Shown one piece after another: positions 25,337 through 41,238 of a DNA stretch of 64,000 nt; positions within the stretch are counted from its first letter, which is position 1, and each line of letters opens with the position of its first letter. The stretch is from an uncultured delta proteobacterium (GTDB lineage Bacteria > Myxococcota > Myxococcia > Myxococcales > Anaeromyxobacteraceae). Below the pieces are notes generated by a model. That model was not told the DNA's origin and searched no databases. It worked only from the letters and a program-made list of their open reading frames with translations. Made by a program: the position numbers and the translations under genes. The stretch lies in contig CAVYBH010000012.1 in the NCBI GenBank assembly GCA_963766715.1, positions 576,001 through 640,000 of the forward strand, read 5' to 3'.

Positions 25337-26504
25337 ATGTCCACGAGAAACCGGAAGCCGGCGCGCGCCCCCAAGGCCCGTCGCCCGGTCCTCGGCAACG
25401 ACCCGTTCGCCCGCGGAGCCGCTCCGCGCGCTGCGGCGACGGTCCCGAGCCCCGTCCCGGCCCCGCGTCGGCCGATGGACCCCGGCTGCGCCGGCGTCCC
25501 GGCCGGCCATCCGTCCCCCGCCACGGGCACGCCGCCGGTGGCCGCCTCCACCGCTTCTCCCGCCCACCCCAGCCGGAAGGGTCCACGTCGGCGAGGGAGA
25601 GTCCCAGCTGGCGGAGGCTGCGCGCCGGACCGGGCCGGCCGCCTACACGGACGAGCTCCGCGAGCTGCTCGTCCGCCTCCTCCCCGCCTTGCGCGACTCG
25701 CTCGCGCCGCTGGCCTCCCTCGCCAGCCTGCTCGGCGCACCCGCCCGTCTCGACGAGTACGGGATGGACCCGGATCTGCCCAGGCGCGCCCGCACCGTCC
25801 TCGAGTTCTTCCTGGACACCTGGTGGCGCGTCGACGTGCACGGGGCCGCGCTGCTCCCGGAGCAGCCGGTCGTGGTGGTCGCGAACCACGGCGGGACGCT
25901 CGCCTGGGACGCGCTCGTCCTCCGCGCAGCCGCCGCCCGGCCACCCGCCCCGCGCGAGCTCCGGCCGCTGCTCGATGCCCGCGCGCTGGCCGCCCCGATC
26001 ATCGGGCCGCTCCTCGTCCGCATGGGCGCCGCCCCGCTCCGGCCCGAGGTGGCGCTGTCCTTGCTCGACCGGGGCTCCAGCATCGCGCTCTTCCCCGAGG
26101 GACCGCGCGACGCACCGCGCCCCTGGGGCGACCGCTACCGGGTCATCCGGTTCGGCCGCGGCGGCTTCGCCCGGGTGGCGGCTCTCGCCCGCGCGCCCAT
26201 CGTTCCCTGCGCCATCGTGGGGAGCGAGGAGGCGTCCGCGCCCTTCGACCGGCGGGGCTGGCTCGCCGAGGCGCTGCGCCTGCCCCTGCTGGCCGTGGCG
26301 CCCGCGCTTCCGATCGCCTCGCCACTGGGATGGCTGCCGCTGCCGTCGCGCTGGTCGATCCGGTTCGGCGCACCCGTCGCCCCGCCGCCGCCGGACAAGG
26401 CGGACGACGCTGCGGCGATGGCGACCGTGGCGGAACGGGTGCGCGCCGAGCTACAGCGCATGCTCGACGCGGATCTCGCCGCTCGCCGGTCGGTCTTCCT
26501 GTAG
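25337..26504 (+). CDS. Lysophospholipid acyltransferase family protein; apparent frameshift near 25560
   Basis: N-terminal [39 protein letters not shown]. Confidence 0.82.
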
Positions 26505-27353
26505 GCGTCGGGCCGGGAGCCGTCCCGCCCGCACCTGGGGCGGAGGCGTCCGCAGGTCCCAGACCACCCCCACCGTCGAGAGCGCCCGGAGGAGGAGGTA
26601 GCTCACGTCGAGCTCCCACCAGAACCAGCCCTGGTTGGCGGTGGACGCGTAGAAGTGGTGGTTGTTGTGCCACCCCTCCCCCAGCGTCAGGATGGCCAGC
26701 ACCGGGTTGTTCCGGGAGTCGTCGGCGGTGGGATACCGGCGCGAGCCGAGCACGTGGGCGACCGAGTTGATGGAGAAGGTCACGTGCCAGCAGATCACCA
26801 CCGGCACGAAGAAGCCCCAGAGCATCGCCGGGAGGCCGCCGACGGCGAAGAGGGCGCCCGCGAAGGCGGCCGGCACGACCATGCCCCACCGGTCGAGCCA
26901 GCGTAGCTCCGGGAAGCGGAGCAGGTCCTTCACGCGTTCGGGCCGGGTCTCGTCGTAGCGGGCCGCCAGGATCCAGCCGACGTGGCTCCACCAGAAGCCG
27001 CGCTGGACGGGCGAGTGAACGTCCTTCGGGCCGTCGGAGTAGCGATGATGGTCCCGGTGGTGCGCGGCCCACCAGAGCACGCCTTTCTGCACCGAGAGGG
27101 TCCCCAGGAGCGCGAGCACGAACTGGAAGACCCGGCTGGTGCGGAAGGCGCGGTGGGAGAAGTAGCGGTGGAACCCGGCCGTGATCCCGAACATCAGGGC
27201 GACGTACACGCCGAGCGCGAGCCCGGCCCGGCCCCAGGTCGGAGGCGCCAGGAACGGTGCGGCGAACGCCACGGCGTGGACGGCAAGGAAGGGAACGGAC
27301 TTCAGCCACTGGGGCCGATCGAGGTCTGGCTCGAGGATCGCGTCGGTGGTCAC
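26451..27353 (-). CDS. Acyl-CoA (delta-9 type) fatty acid desaturase
   Basis: His boxes FHRYFSHR, HHRDHH, GEGWHNNHH; INSVAH. Confidence 0.93.
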   Translation of the reverse strand: MTTDAILEPDLDRPQWLKSVPFLAVHAVAFAAPFLAPPTWGRAGLALGVYVALMFGITAGFHRYFSHRAFRTSRVFQFVLALLGTLSVQKGVLWWAAHHRDHHRYSDGPKDVHSPVQRGFWWSHVGWILAARYDETRPERVKDLLRFPELRWLDRWGMVVPAAFAGALFAVGGLPAMLWGFFVPVVICWHVTFSINSVAHVLGSRRYPTADDSRNNPVLAILTLGEGWHNNHHFYASTANQGWFWWELDVSYLLLRALSTVGVVWDLRTPPPQVRAGRLPARRLQEDRPASGEIRVEHAL

Positions 27354-27476
27354 CCCCCTTACCTACGGGGTCCCTGTCACCGCACCGTCACGGCAGGGCG
27401 CGCCGCCAGGTATCCCTTTCGGAGCGCACCTCTTTGCGCTATCTTCCCCGCTCCTCCGGCACGAGGTTCTCCCGAG

Positions 27477-27701
27477 ATGGCGCGCGCTTACATCGGCAAC
27501 ACCCCCTGCGAGGTCTTCGCCGACAAGGATCTCGGCGACAACTGGGCGATCTCGGTCGTTCCGCCCCGGCCCACCGGCCCGGACGTCCCGGCGCTCTCCC
27601 CCCTCGTCATGAAGCTTCAGGGCGAGGACCGCGAGAAGTGCGTGCTGGGCGCCCTCGAGCTCCTGGTGAAGGCCGGCAAGATCGACCGCTTCGAGGTCTG
27701 A
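27477..27701 (+). CDS. Small hypothetical protein (74 aa)
   Basis: C-terminal part of ORF 26982..27701 from ATG 27477 (MARAYIGNTPCEVFADKDLG...GKIDRFEV), GC3-biased codons. Confidence 0.7.
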   Translation: MARAYIGNTPCEVFADKDLGDNWAISVVPPRPTGPDVPALSPLVMKLQGEDREKCVLGALELLVKAGKIDRFEV

Positions 27702-27711
27702 TCGGCCGGGG

Positions 27712-28460
27712 CTAGAGCCCTTCCGTCCGGACCAGGGCTTCACCCGGCACCAGCCCGAGCACTGCGGCGGCGGCCGCGCGAACCGCGTCCCGGTCGCGCC
27801 CCTCCACCGTCACGCGAACCCGGTGATCGGCGGGGTCGAAGCGCGGGTAGCTCCCCACCTCCACGCGAGGGTGACCCTCCGCCACCGCAGCGAGCGGCAC
27901 GGCCAGCCGATCCTCGCCCCAGGCGGAAGTACAGGCAGACGAGGTGGTACGGCGCGCCGTCGAAGAGATGGGCGACCCGCTCGAACTGGTGGCGAAGGAA
28001 GGACGGCACGCCGGGCAGCATCACCACCCGGGAGACCACCAGCGTCGGAAACTCGGGGTCGCCGAGGAGCTCGGTGCCCTCGGGGAGGTCGGCCATGCGG
28101 AGTGCGACCTCCGGGAACGGAGCCCCGGGATGGTGGCGCTCGTGCATCTCCCGGAGCAGCCTGGGCCATCCGCTCGTCGCGGCGGATCGGGAGCCCGAGC
28201 GCTCGAGCGACGGCCGGCACAGTGAGATCGTCGTGGGTGGGGCCGACCCCTCCGCTCGAGAGCACCCAGTCGGCGCGCCGGCGCGCGGCGAGCAGCGTCT
28301 CGACGATGACGTCCATCCGGTCGGGGACCACGTGCAGCGCGGTGAGCTCGACGCCGAGGTCGCGCAGCCGCCTCGCCAGATACGGGCCGTTCGCGTCCTC
28401 CACCTTCGCGGAGAGGACCTCGCTGCCCACCACGACGACGGCGGCCGTGGCGGGGCTCAC
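27712..28460 (-). CDS. CinA-like molybdopterin-binding protein; apparent frameshifts near 28160 and 27915
   Basis: VVVGSEVLSAKVEDANG, SGGVGPTHDDLT, MLPGVP, VEVGSYP. Confidence 0.85.
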
Positions 28461-29094
28461 GGGAGGATCGACTCCACCGCCCGGGCCACCCCGGCGGCCA
28501 CCGACTCGATGGCGCCGTCGCCCGGCCAGGTCGGCCACGGGCTCCCTGGCGCGAACCATCGAGGCAAGCGAATCGCAGGTACGCGCGGTGCACCTTTCGC
28601 TGGAACTCGGGGACCTCGTAGATCTCCCGCTCGGCGCTCGCCGCGTACCGGCGGCGGAGCGCCACCGACGGCGAGACGCGGAGGAAGACGGTGAGATCCG
28701 CGGCAGGCGCGCGCGAGTTGATGGCCGCCACCCAGGCGGCATCGCCGGTGCTCACGGCCTGGTAGGCCAGGCTGGAGAGGACGTAGCGATCCGAGATCAC
28801 GTCGTACCCCTCCTCCAGGCGGGGCCGGATCTCGCTCTCCCAGTGGTCGAGCCGATCGGCGGCGAAGAGGAGCGCGAGGGCCCGCGGATCGAAGTCTGCT
28901 CCCCCCGCGCCGCGAAGGCGCCCGGAGAGGACGAGGCGAACCTGGGTTCCCACCGGCCCGCGCGAGGGCTCGGCGGTGAGGTGCGGACGGCGACCCCGTG
29001 CGCGCAGCCATCCCGCCAGCAGCTGGGCCTGGGTGGTGGTGCCGGCGCCGTCGAGCCCCTCGAGCACCAGGAAGAGTCCGCGGCGGCGCTTCAC
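28457..29094 (-). CDS. tmk: Thymidylate kinase; apparent frameshift near 28555
   Basis: FLVLEGLDGAGTTTQ, AEPS, LLFAADRLDH, VISDRYVLSSLAYQ. Confidence 0.93.
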
Positions 29095-29472
29095 GATTCC
29101 ATCCCCAGCCGCTTGCGGATCTCCTGGAGGCGGGCGAAATCGCGGTCCTCGACCTTCATCGCGCGCCGCGCCCGGCGGAAGGCGAGCACGGCCACCGAGA
29201 CGCACAGCCAGGAGGAGCGCCACCGAGCCCAGGAAGAGCAGCGGGTAGCGTCCGATCGGGCGGGTGGGCCGCGGTCCCCAGCCCCACCGATCCCAGGCGA
29301 ACTTCACCGAGAGCCCCGCGGTGACGACCACGCCGAAGAGGGCGTACGCCCCCTGCCGGACGTCGTCGATGGACCTGCGGGTCGCGACGCGGGCCGCGAG
29401 CTCCGCCTGCTCCACGCGCAGCGCGGCCAGCTCCGGCTCGGCGGCGGGTGGAGTCCCGGCGGGGATCTTCAT
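29091..29472 (-). CDS. Hypothetical 2-TM protein; apparent frameshift near 29210
   Basis: MKIPAGTPP...ELAALRVEQAELAARVATRRSID, two TM helices, ends RLQEIRKRLGMES with a GTGA overlap onto tmk. Confidence 0.6.
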
Positions 29473-29476
29473 CGCC

Positions 29477-30841
29477 TCACCCATCCCCGAACCTGGCCGC
29501 CACGGCCTCCTGGACGGCGCCCAGCGTGGCCGGGAGCTTCACCGGCGGGTTGCGCAGGGCCGGACGGAGTCCCGGAAGCGTCCCCTCGTGATAGCCCACC
29601 TTGAAGTCGGAGAACTTGAGCCCGTGGGCCGTGGAGATGACCACCACCCGGTCCTTCGGCTTCACGACGCCGCGGGCGGCGAGCTTCTCGAGCGCAGCCA
29701 GGGCCACGCCGGTGTGCGGGCACGCGAAGGCGCCGGACTGGTCCGCGCGAGCGGCCGCGTCGGCGAGCTCCTGCTCGCTGGCCTGCTCCACCAGGCCGTC
29801 GAGCGCCTCGATGGCGCGGAGCGCTCGCTTGGCGGACACGGGCGCGCCGATCTGGATGGCGCTGGCGAGCGTGGTCGCGGCGGGGATGGGGTCGACGACG
29901 AGGTCGGCGCTCGGCCTGCCCGCCCGCTGCACCGCCCGGTAGAGCGGGTTGGCGTTCTCGGCCTGGGCCACCACCAGCCGGGGAAGCCGGTCGACGAGAC
30001 CCAGCGCCTTCAGGAGGAGGAAGCCCTTGCCGAGCGCCCCGGCGTTGCCCAGGTTCCCGCCGGGGATGATCACCCAGTCCGGGACGGTCCAGCCCAGCTG
30101 CTGCGACACCTCGACGGCCACCGTCTTCTGTCCCTCGATGCGCAACGAGTTCATCGAGTTCGCCAGGTAGATGTCCGGCGTCTTCGAGAGCTCCTGGACC
30201 ACGCGCATGCAGCCGTCGAAGTCGGTGTCGAGCTCGAGGACCAGCGCCCCGTTGGACACGGGCTGCACCAGCTGGGCGGTCGAGACCTTGCCGCGCGGGA
30301 GCAGGACCACCGAGGGGATCCCGGACGCGGCGCAATAGGCGGCGAGGGCCGCGCTGGTGTCGCCGGTCGATGCGCAGGCCACCGCCCGGATGGGCATTCC
30401 GCGCGCCCGCATCTCCTTCACGGCGGAGACGAGCACGGTCATGCCCAGGTCCTTGAACGACCCGGTGTGCGTGACGCCGCACTCCTTCAGCCAGACGTCC
30501 TCGAGCCCGATCGCCCGCGCGTACCGCTCGAGCCGGAGGAGCGGCGTCCCCCCCTCGTACATGGAGACGACGTTCTCCGGCGCAAGCTGCGGGTAGACCC
30601 ACTCCTTCTTTCCCCACACGCCGGAGCCGTACGGCCAGGCGCCGCCGCGGAAGCGCCCCTCGAACAGGGACTTCCACTCGCCGGCGCTGCGCGAGCGGAG
30701 CGCGTCCATGTCGTGCTCGACCTCGAGCAGTCCCTGGCAGCGGGGGCACCGGTAGACGACATCGGTGAGGGACGCGCGGAAGTCGCAGCCGTCTGCGCAG
30801 CGGAACCACGCGGAGAAAGGAGATTTCGAGGGGGCGTTCAT
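29477..30841 (-). CDS. thrC: Threonine synthase
   Basis: [16 protein letters not shown] (PLP Lys), [31 protein letters not shown]. Confidence 0.95.
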   Translation of the reverse strand: MNAPSKSPFSAWFRCADGCDFRASLTDVVYRCPRCQGLLEVEHDMDALRSRSAGEWKSLFEGRFRGGAWPYGSGVWGKKEWVYPQLAPENVVSMYEGGTPLLRLERYARAIGLEDVWLKECGVTHTGSFKDLGMTVLVSAVKEMRARGMPIRAVACASTGDTSAALAAYCAASGIPSVVLLPRGKVSTAQLVQPVSNGALVLELDTDFDGCMRVVQELSKTPDIYLANSMNSLRIEGQKTVAVEVSQQLGWTVPDWVIIPGGNLGNAGALGKGFLLLKALGLVDRLPRLVVAQAENANPLYRAVQRAGRPSADLVVDPIPAATTLASAIQIGAPVSAKRALRAIEALDGLVEQASEQELADAAARADQSGAFACPHTGVALAALEKLAARGVVKPKDRVVVISTAHGLKFSDFKVGYHEGTLPGLRPALRNPPVKLPATLGAVQEAVAARFGDG

Positions 30842-30901
30842 GGCGGCGGGCGGCCCAATCTGCCTAAGGTCGCCTTCCTTGGCAAGCGCCCGGCGGCCCG
30901 G

Positions 30902-31373
30902 TCAGCGCTGCGCCCGGACGCCGCAGGCGGGGCACGTCTCGCCCCGGACGGGCGTTCCGCAGTCCCGGCAGAGGACGACGTCCAGCGGCGGTGCAGCGCC
31001 ACCCCCCACCGCGGGGAGGCGCATCCCGCAATGGGCGCAGAAAGCCTCCCCGGGGAAGGCCGGCGTCCTGCAATACCGGCAGATCGCCACCACCGGCTCC
31101 TCGGCGGGTCCGTCCTCGGGCAGCCCCTCTGCCGCCGTGGGCATGAGCCCTTCCACCGCGTCCGCGACCACCTGCACGGGGTCGACGGCCGTCGCCTCGA
31201 GCCCGTCGACGAGCCTCCCCGGCCGCCTCCACCGGCGGCAGCAGGGTCGGCTCGAGGTCGGGGAGCGCCTCCACGACCGGCTCGACCCGCTCCCCTGCAG
31301 GGAACGGGTGCCCGCAGACGTCGCAGGCGTCGCCCGAGGGCTGGACGTTCTCGCAGAGTGCGCAGGCCGGCAT
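30902..31373 (-). CDS. Multi zinc-ribbon protein; apparent frameshift near 31215
   Basis: Six CxxC: CALC, CDVC, CRYC, CAHC, CRDC, CPAC. Confidence 0.7.
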
Positions 31374-31414
31374 GGAGCGATGATACCAGCGCCCGCTTCC
31401 GGGCGCTCCCCGGC

Positions 31415-33949
31415 TCAGCCCGACCCGGGCGAGCGACAGCCGCGACGACCAGCGCTCCAGCGCCTCCGCCGTCGGCGCGTGGTCCGGCTGCCCGAGCTCG
31501 GGGTCCTCGTCGACCAGGCGGAAGGCCTCCTCCCGCGCCTCGTCGAGGATGGCCTCGTCGCGGTAGAGGTCGGCCACCTCGAAGACCGGCAGCCCGGCTT
31601 GCCGCGTGCCCAGCATCTCCCCGGGACCGCGGATGCGCAGGTCGGCCCGTGCGATCTCGAAGCCGTCCTGCGAGCGCACGAGCGTCCGGAGCCGTTCCCG
31701 GGCGTCGTCCCCGGCCCGCGCGTAGTGGGCGATGAGCAGGCACTGGCTTCGCGCCGCGCCGCGTCCGACCCGTCCCCGGAGCTGGTGCAGCTGGGAGAGG
31801 CCGAACCGCTCGGCGTGCTCGACGATCATGACCGTCGCATTGGGCACGTCGACCCCGACCTCGATGACGGTGGTGGCCACGAGGACGTGGATCTCGCCCT
31901 TGCGGAACCGGGACATCACTGCCTCCTTCTCCTCGGGCTTCATCTTCCCGTGGAGGAGGCCGACCGCGTGGGGGGCGAGCAGGCGACGCAGCTCGTCCGC
32001 GCCGCTGGTGGCGTCGGCCAGGTCGCTCTTCTCCGACTCCTCGACGAGCGGGTAGACCACGTACGCCTGCCGCCCCGCCTCGAGCTCGCGCCGCGCGGCG
32101 TCGTACGCCTTCTTCCGCTGGGTGTCGCCGAAGGCCTTCGTCTCCACCGGGGTCCGCCCGGGCGGAAGCTCGTCGATCTTCGACTGGTCGAGGTCGCCGT
32201 AGAAGGCCAGCGCCAGCGTCCGCGGGATGGGAGTCGCGGTCATCACGAGGACGTCGGGGTGCACGCCCTTCGCCATCAGCCTGGCCCGCTGCAGGACGCC
32301 GAACCGGTGCTGCTCGTCCACCACCACCAGGCCGAGCCGATCGAAGGACACCCCCTCCTCCAGGAGCGCGTGGGTCCCCACGGCGATCCGGGCCTTGCCC
32401 GAGGCCAGCGCCTCCCGGACCCCGCGCTGGTCCCGCCCCCGGGCCTGGGCCCCGACGAGGACCAGCTCGACTCCGGAGCCGGCCAGCCAGCCGCGAATCG
32501 TGCGGGCGTGCTGGCCGGCCAGGATCTCGGTGGGCGCCATGATCGCCGCCTGCCAGCCCGACCGGACCGCGAGCATGGCTGCGGCAAAGGCCACCGCCGT
32601 CTTTCCGCTCCCGACGTCGCCCTGGAGCAGCCGGTTCATCGGCTCCGGGCGTCCCATGTCGGCGGCGATCTCGGAGAAGGCGCGATCCTGGGCGCCCGTG
32701 AACGTGAACGGGAGCATCCGGCGAACCTCGTCGCGGCGCGACGGGGAGGTGTCGAAGGCGATGCCGGCCTCCCTTCGCACGCCGCGCCGCTTCAGGGCGA
32801 GCGCCAGCTGCAGGAAGAAGAGCTCCTCGAAGACCAGGCGCCGGAAGGGCTCCGTGGCCCGCGCCGCGGCCGCGTCGAGGTCGGTTCCCGCGGGCGGGAA
32901 GTGGGCCTGGGCGAGCGCGCTCGCGCGCTCGACGAGGTGGCGGCGGTCGCGGATCGTCCGGCGGCAGGTCGTCGACCGCGAGCGGCGCCCACTCGTCCAC
33001 CAGCCGCTTCATGAGCTTTCGCAGCGCCGGGTGCTGGTGGTCCGCCGGGCCGGCATAGACGGGGACGATGCGCCCGAAGTTGGCGGAATCCCCCTCGAGC
33101 ACCTTCTCGACCTCCGGCTGGGTCATCTGCCGGACGCCGCCGTACCCCTCGGTGACCTCCCCGGAGACGAGGATGGTCTCGCCGGCCTGGAACTGCTTGT
33201 GGCGCCAGGGCGGAGGGTTGAAGAAGACCAGCTCCAGGCGCGCCGGGCCGTCGATGGTGGCCACCTTGAGCATGGGCTTGCCGCTGCGCATCCGCTGCTG
33301 GCGCACCGAGCCGACCTTCACCACCGCGATGCCTGGCTCGCCGACCCGCAGCTCCGACACCCGCTTCACGTGGGTCCGGTCCTGCCAGGCCTTGGGCCAG
33401 AACCCGAGCGCCTCCTCCACCGTCGTCCGCCCGCGCTCCTCGAGCAGGGCGCGCGGCGCCGGGTGGGCTCCGGGAACCTCGGAGAGCGGGGTGGCGAGCC
33501 GCCTGCGTCGCTCGCCCCGGCCGAGGACCACGGGAGGCCGGGCGGGCGGAGCGACCGCTTCGGGCCTCGGGGACAGTCGGCCGGCGCGGAGAGCCGGCCT
33601 TCGCCCTGGCGGGCGCCGGGATCCGCCCCCGCCTCGCGATCTCCCCGAGGTCCGGCGGGAGCGGGACGAGGGAGCCCAGCTCCGCGGCGATCCGGCACAC
33701 GGCCGCCAGCCTCTCGGGAACGGGGCGCCGATCGAAGGCGTCCGCCTCCCCGGCCAGCCTGGCGAGCGCCGGGCTCTCGGGCGCGCCGGCCTTCCGGGCC
33801 AGCTGGATCGCCCCCCGAACCGTCTTCCCGAGCCCGGCCAGCCGCTCCAGCGCGGCTCCCTCCTGGCGGGCGGCGAAGCGCAGCGGCGCGAAGAGCGCCG
33901 TCAGCTCGCGGGCGCCGGGTGGCGCCCCGGGATCCTCTCGCGGAGCCAT
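31415..33949 (-). CDS. recG: ATP-dependent DNA helicase RecG with long N-terminus; several apparent frameshifts
   Basis: Wedge OB domain, [69 protein letters not shown]. Probable natural stop near 31415. Confidence 0.93.
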
Positions 33950-33965
33950 CCCCCTCCCGTTCGAA

Positions 33966-34472
33966 CTACTCCGGCTCCGAGGGGATCGCTTCCTCGATGA
34001 ACTCGATGCTGCCGATCTCGTACTCGCGCTCGCCGCCCGGGGCCCGGACCTTGACCACGTCCCCCTCCGACTTCCCGATGAGGGCGCGCGCGATCGGGCT
34101 CGTGACGCTGATCTTTCCCTGCTTCAAGTCGGCCTCCAGCTCCCCGACGATCCGGTAGAGCACGTCGTCCCCGCTCTGGCTGTCCGTGAGGTGGACGGTG
34201 GCCCCGAACACCACCCGGTCGCCCGACAGCTTCGAGACGTCGATGACCTCGGCCGTGGCGATCCAGTGCTCGACCTGGGTGATCCGCCCCTCGACGTGCG
34301 ACTGCTTCTCCTTGGCGGCGTGATACTCGGCGTTCTCGGAGAGGTCGCCATGGGAGCGCGCCTCGGCGATCTCCTTCACGATGCGCGGGCGCTCGTGGAA
34401 CTTGAGGCGCCGGAGCTCCTCCCGGAGGCGGACCAGTCCGGCCGGGGTCATGGGCGTGCGGGGGTTCGACAT
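33966..34472 (-). CDS. greA: Transcription elongation factor GreA
   Basis: [32 protein letters not shown]. Confidence 0.97.
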   Translation of the reverse strand: MSNPRTPMTPAGLVRLREELRRLKFHERPRIVKEIAEARSHGDLSENAEYHAAKEKQSHVEGRITQVEHWIATAEVIDVSKLSGDRVVFGATVHLTDSQSGDDVLYRIVGELEADLKQGKISVTSPIARALIGKSEGDVVKVRAPGGEREYEIGSIEFIEEAIPSEPE

Positions 34473-34478
34473 GTGGCC

Positions 34479-37729
<3,251 letters not shown>

Positions 37730-37820
37730 CGGGGGCGGACCCTAACATAAGGACCCCCCCGCGTGTCTGCGCGGAGGGGCCGGAATTCGCGGTTCCGGGG
37801 GCTCTCCCCCGGCCCTACGG

Positions 37821-39020
37821 CTACTCGAGGCTCTTCACCATCTCGGCGATGCGGTCCACGCCCTTGTCAATCTGGTCGAGCGCGATCGCGAAGGAGAGGC
37901 GCAGGTATCCCGGGGCGCCGAACGCGGAGCCGGGGACGACCGCGACCTTGTGGTGGTCGAGCAGGTGGGCCACGAACTTCTCGTCGGTCCCGATGGGCTC
38001 GGACTGGCCGGGGATCTTCTTGTCGAGGAGCTTGCCGATGTACGGGAAGGCGTAGAACGCCCCGCCCGGATCGAAGCAGGTGACGCCCGGGATGGCGTTC
38101 AGGCGCTTGACGATGTGGCCGCGCCGCTCGTCGAACACCTTCCGCATGACCTCGACCTCGGGGTCGAGGGGAAGCGTGAGGGCGCCCAGGGCCGCCTTCT
38201 GGGAGATGGAGGCCGGATTGGAGGTGGAGTTGTCCTGGAGCTTCTGCATCGCGCTGATGAGCGGCTGGGGACCCGCCGTCCAGCCGATGCGCCACCCGGT
38301 CATGGAGTAGGTCTTCGAGACCCCGTTCACCAGCGCCACCTGGGGGTGGAGGGTGGGGTCGACGGTGAGGACGTTCTCGAAGCGGCCCTTGTAGACGAGG
38401 CGATCGTAGATGTCGTCGGTGATGACGAGGATGTCCTTCCCCTTCACCTCGTCGATGATGTTCCGCAGCGTGGCCCGGCCGAAGACGGCGCCGGTGGGGT
38501 TCGACGGGCTGTTGACGATGACGGCGCGGGTCTTCGGGCCGACCGCCTTCTTGATGGCGTCGTGGCTGGGCTCGAACCCGTCCTCGTGGCGCGTCTGGAC
38601 GATGACGGGGACGCCGTCGGCCAGCCTCACCATGTCGGCGTAGCTGACCCAGTACGGCGCGAAGATGACCACCTCGTCGCCCGGGTTGAGCAGCGCCTGG
38701 AAGAGGTTGTAGAGCGCGTGCTTGCCGCCGCAGGAGACGAGCACCTCGGTCGGCTTGTAGGCGATCCCGTGCTCCTGCGCGATGCGCTTGGCGATGGCCT
38801 CGCGCAGCTCCGGGATGCCGTTCGTCGGGGTGTACTTCGTGAACCCGGCGTCGATGGCCGCGATCCCGGCCTGCTTGATCGCCTTCGGGGTGTCGAAGTC
38901 GGGCTCACCGGCGCCGAATCCGACCACGTCGATGCCCTTGGCCTTGAGCTCCTTCGCCTTGGCGGTGATGGCCAGCGTGGGGGACGGTTTCACCGCGTCG
39001 AGCCGCTTGGCGAGTCTCAT
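37821..39020 (-). CDS. Class I PLP-dependent aminotransferase (aspartate aminotransferase type)
   Basis: GAGEPDFDTP, NSPSNPTG, TDDIY, NGVSKTYSMTGWRIG. Confidence 0.93.
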   Translation of the reverse strand: MRLAKRLDAVKPSPTLAITAKAKELKAKGIDVVGFGAGEPDFDTPKAIKQAGIAAIDAGFTKYTPTNGIPELREAIAKRIAQEHGIAYKPTEVLVSCGGKHALYNLFQALLNPGDEVVIFAPYWVSYADMVRLADGVPVIVQTRHEDGFEPSHDAIKKAVGPKTRAVIVNSPSNPTGAVFGRATLRNIIDEVKGKDILVITDDIYDRLVYKGRFENVLTVDPTLHPQVALVNGVSKTYSMTGWRIGWTAGPQPLISAMQKLQDNSTSNPASISQKAALGALTLPLDPEVEVMRKVFDERRGHIVKRLNAIPGVTCFDPGGAFYAFPYIGKLLDKKIPGQSEPIGTDEKFVAHLLDHHKVAVVPGSAFGAPGYLRLSFAIALDQIDKGVDRIAEMVKSLE

Positions 39021-39133
39021 CCTCGGAATCTCCTGGAGGTGGGTTTCTGGGGCCGGTTGCCGGGCCACGCAGGATACCAACTCGCGCCCCGGTTGGAAAC
39101 GGTCGCGAGAGGGGGGCAGGCGGCCATCCCGGC

Positions 39134-39619
39134 CTAGCGGCGCGGGAATTTCTGGCGAAGCCCCTCGGCCACGTTGGGGGGTACGAGCCCGGTCACGTCC
39201 CCGCCGTAGCTCGCCACCTCCCGGACCAGGCTTCCGGTCACGTAGAAGTAGTCCTGCCCGGTCATGACGAAGACCGACTCGAAGTCCGGGTCGAGCTTGG
39301 AATTCATGTTGGCGAGCTGGAACTCGTACTCGAAGTCGGAGACGGCGCGCAGCCCGCGGAGCACGGTGTGGATGCGCCGTTGCTTCGCGTAGTCCACGAG
39401 CAAGGTCTCGAAGTGGTCGACCTCGACGCGCGGATCGGTGCCCACCACCTCGCGGATGAGCTGCTTGCGCTCCTCCAGCGTGAAGAGGGCCTTCTTCGAG
39501 GCGTTGTTGGCCACCGCCACGACCAGGCCGTCGAAGATCTTCAGGCCGCGCTGGATGAGGGAGAGGTGACCGTTGGTGAGGGGATCGAAGGAGCCGGGAT
39601 AGATGGCGAGCCGGGGCAT
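39134..39619 (-). CDS. coaD: Phosphopantetheine adenylyltransferase
   Basis: [26 protein letters not shown]. Confidence 0.96.
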   Translation of the reverse strand: MPRLAIYPGSFDPLTNGHLSLIQRGLKIFDGLVVAVANNASKKALFTLEERKQLIREVVGTDPRVEVDHFETLLVDYAKQRRIHTVLRGLRAVSDFEYEFQLANMNSKLDPDFESVFVMTGQDYFYVTGSLVREVASYGGDVTGLVPPNVAEGLRQKFPRR

Positions 39620-39635
39620 CGGCGGGGAGTATCCC

Positions 39636-40172
39636 CTACTCGCATCGATAGATCGAGATTCCCGTATCGCCGTAGGCGCGCCGGTCCTCGAGGGCCAGGC
39701 GGCCGAAGCGGTCCGCGGGAGGAGAGCGGCGGTCGTGCTCGGCCACGGCGAGCGCACCCGGCCGGAGCACCCGGTCGAGCCCCGCGAGAGCGCCCGCAGG
39801 CCCCTCCGCGTAGGGCGGATCCAGGAAGGCCAGGTCGAAGGCGGCCGCCGGCAGCGCCGCGAGGGCGTCGGCCGCACGGCGCCGGATCACCGTCACCTGC
39901 CCTGCGAACCCGCAGGCCGCGGCGTTCTCCCCGATGACGGCAGCCGCCCCCGCGTTCGACTCCACGCAGGTGGCGGAGGCGAAGCCGCGGGAGAGCGCCT
40001 CGAGGGCGAGGGCCCCGGAGCCGGAGTAGAGGTCGAGGACGCGGCCGCCCTCGAAGAATTGCCCCAGCACGTTGAAGATGGCGCCCCGCACCTTGTCGCT
40101 GGTGGGGCGGGTGCCCTCCCCCGGCGGCGCGACGAGCCGGCGACCCCGGGCCGAGCCGGCGACGATGCGCAC
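39636..40172 (-). CDS. rsmD: 16S rRNA m2G966 methyltransferase
   Basis: [42 protein letters not shown]; adjacent to coaD. Confidence 0.94.
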   Translation of the reverse strand: MRIVAGSARGRRLVAPPGEGTRPTSDKVRGAIFNVLGQFFEGGRVLDLYSGSGALALEALSRGFASATCVESNAGAAAVIGENAAACGFAGQVTVIRRRAADALAALPAAAFDLAFLDPPYAEGPAGALAGLDRVLRPGALAVAEHDRRSPPADRFGRLALEDRRAYGDTGISIYRCE

Positions 40173-40175
40173 CCG

Positions 40176-41181
40176 TCAGCCCCCGGCGGCGTGCGGGGCG
40201 CAGCGCCGCTCCCGGTCGTGCTGGTGGGAGTGGACGTCGTCGTAGAGGTGGGCGTAGCGCGCCGACTCGATCTGGATGGTGGTGTGGTCGATGCCGAAGC
40301 GCGAGCGGAGCTGCCCCTTCACGTCGTCGAGGATGGCGTCGTTGCGACCCAGGTCGTCCTCGCCGACCACCACGTGGGCCGAGAGCGCATAGAGGCCGCT
40401 GGAGATGGTCCAGACGTGCAGGTCGTGGACCGCGAGCACGCCCGCGACCTCCCCCATGGCGCCGCAGACCTCCTCGATGGCCAGGTGGCGCGGGACCGAC
40501 TCCATGAGGATGTCGGCGATCTCCAGGCTGATCCGGAGCGCGCCCCAGAGGATGAGGATCGAGATCCCCAGGGAGAGCACCGGGTCGATCCAGGTCCAGG
40601 ACGGCTCGAACCACATGGCGCGCCGCGCCGGCCAGGACCACCACCGAGGAGACCGCGTCGCCGACGACGTGGAGGAAGGCGGAGCGGGCGTTCAGGCTGT
40701 GATCGGCGTGCAGCCAGCGCAGCACCACGAGGTTCGCGACGAGGCCCACGGCCGCCACGCCCGCCATCACCGGAAGCTCGATGGGCGCGCCGGGATGACG
40801 CAGGCGATCGACGGCCTCCCAGGCGATCCACGCGGTCAGCACCACCAGGCCGGCCACGTTGGCCTGGGCGGCCAGCACCTCGGCCCGCCGGAATCCGAAG
40901 GTCCGCTTCTCGTCGGCCGGGCGGGCGGCGAATCGCACCGCGAGCAGCGCCAGCGCCAGGGCGGCCACGTCGGTGAGCATGTGCCCGGCGTCGGAAACGA
41001 GCGCCAGCGACCCGGACACGAGCCCGCCGACCGCCTCCGCCACCATGATGCCGGCGGTGACCGCGAGGGACAGGGCGAGCCGCCGGGCGCTCCGGGAGGC
41101 GCTCGCGCCGTGGGCGGCGGCCTCGTGCGCGTGGGCGTGGTCGTGGCCGTCGTGCGAAGGATGTTCGTGGCCGTGGGACAT
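40176..41181 (-). CDS. Cation diffusion facilitator (CzcD/ZitB-like); apparent frameshift near 40625
   Basis: His-rich N-terminus, SLALVSDAGHMLTD, SAFLHVVGD, VHDLHVW, HTTIQIE. Confidence 0.92.
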
Positions 41182-41238
41182 GGACCTTGGCGCAGTCTAA
41201 TCCAGTCGTCTAGCATCGGCACCCGCCCCGGGAGCCCG

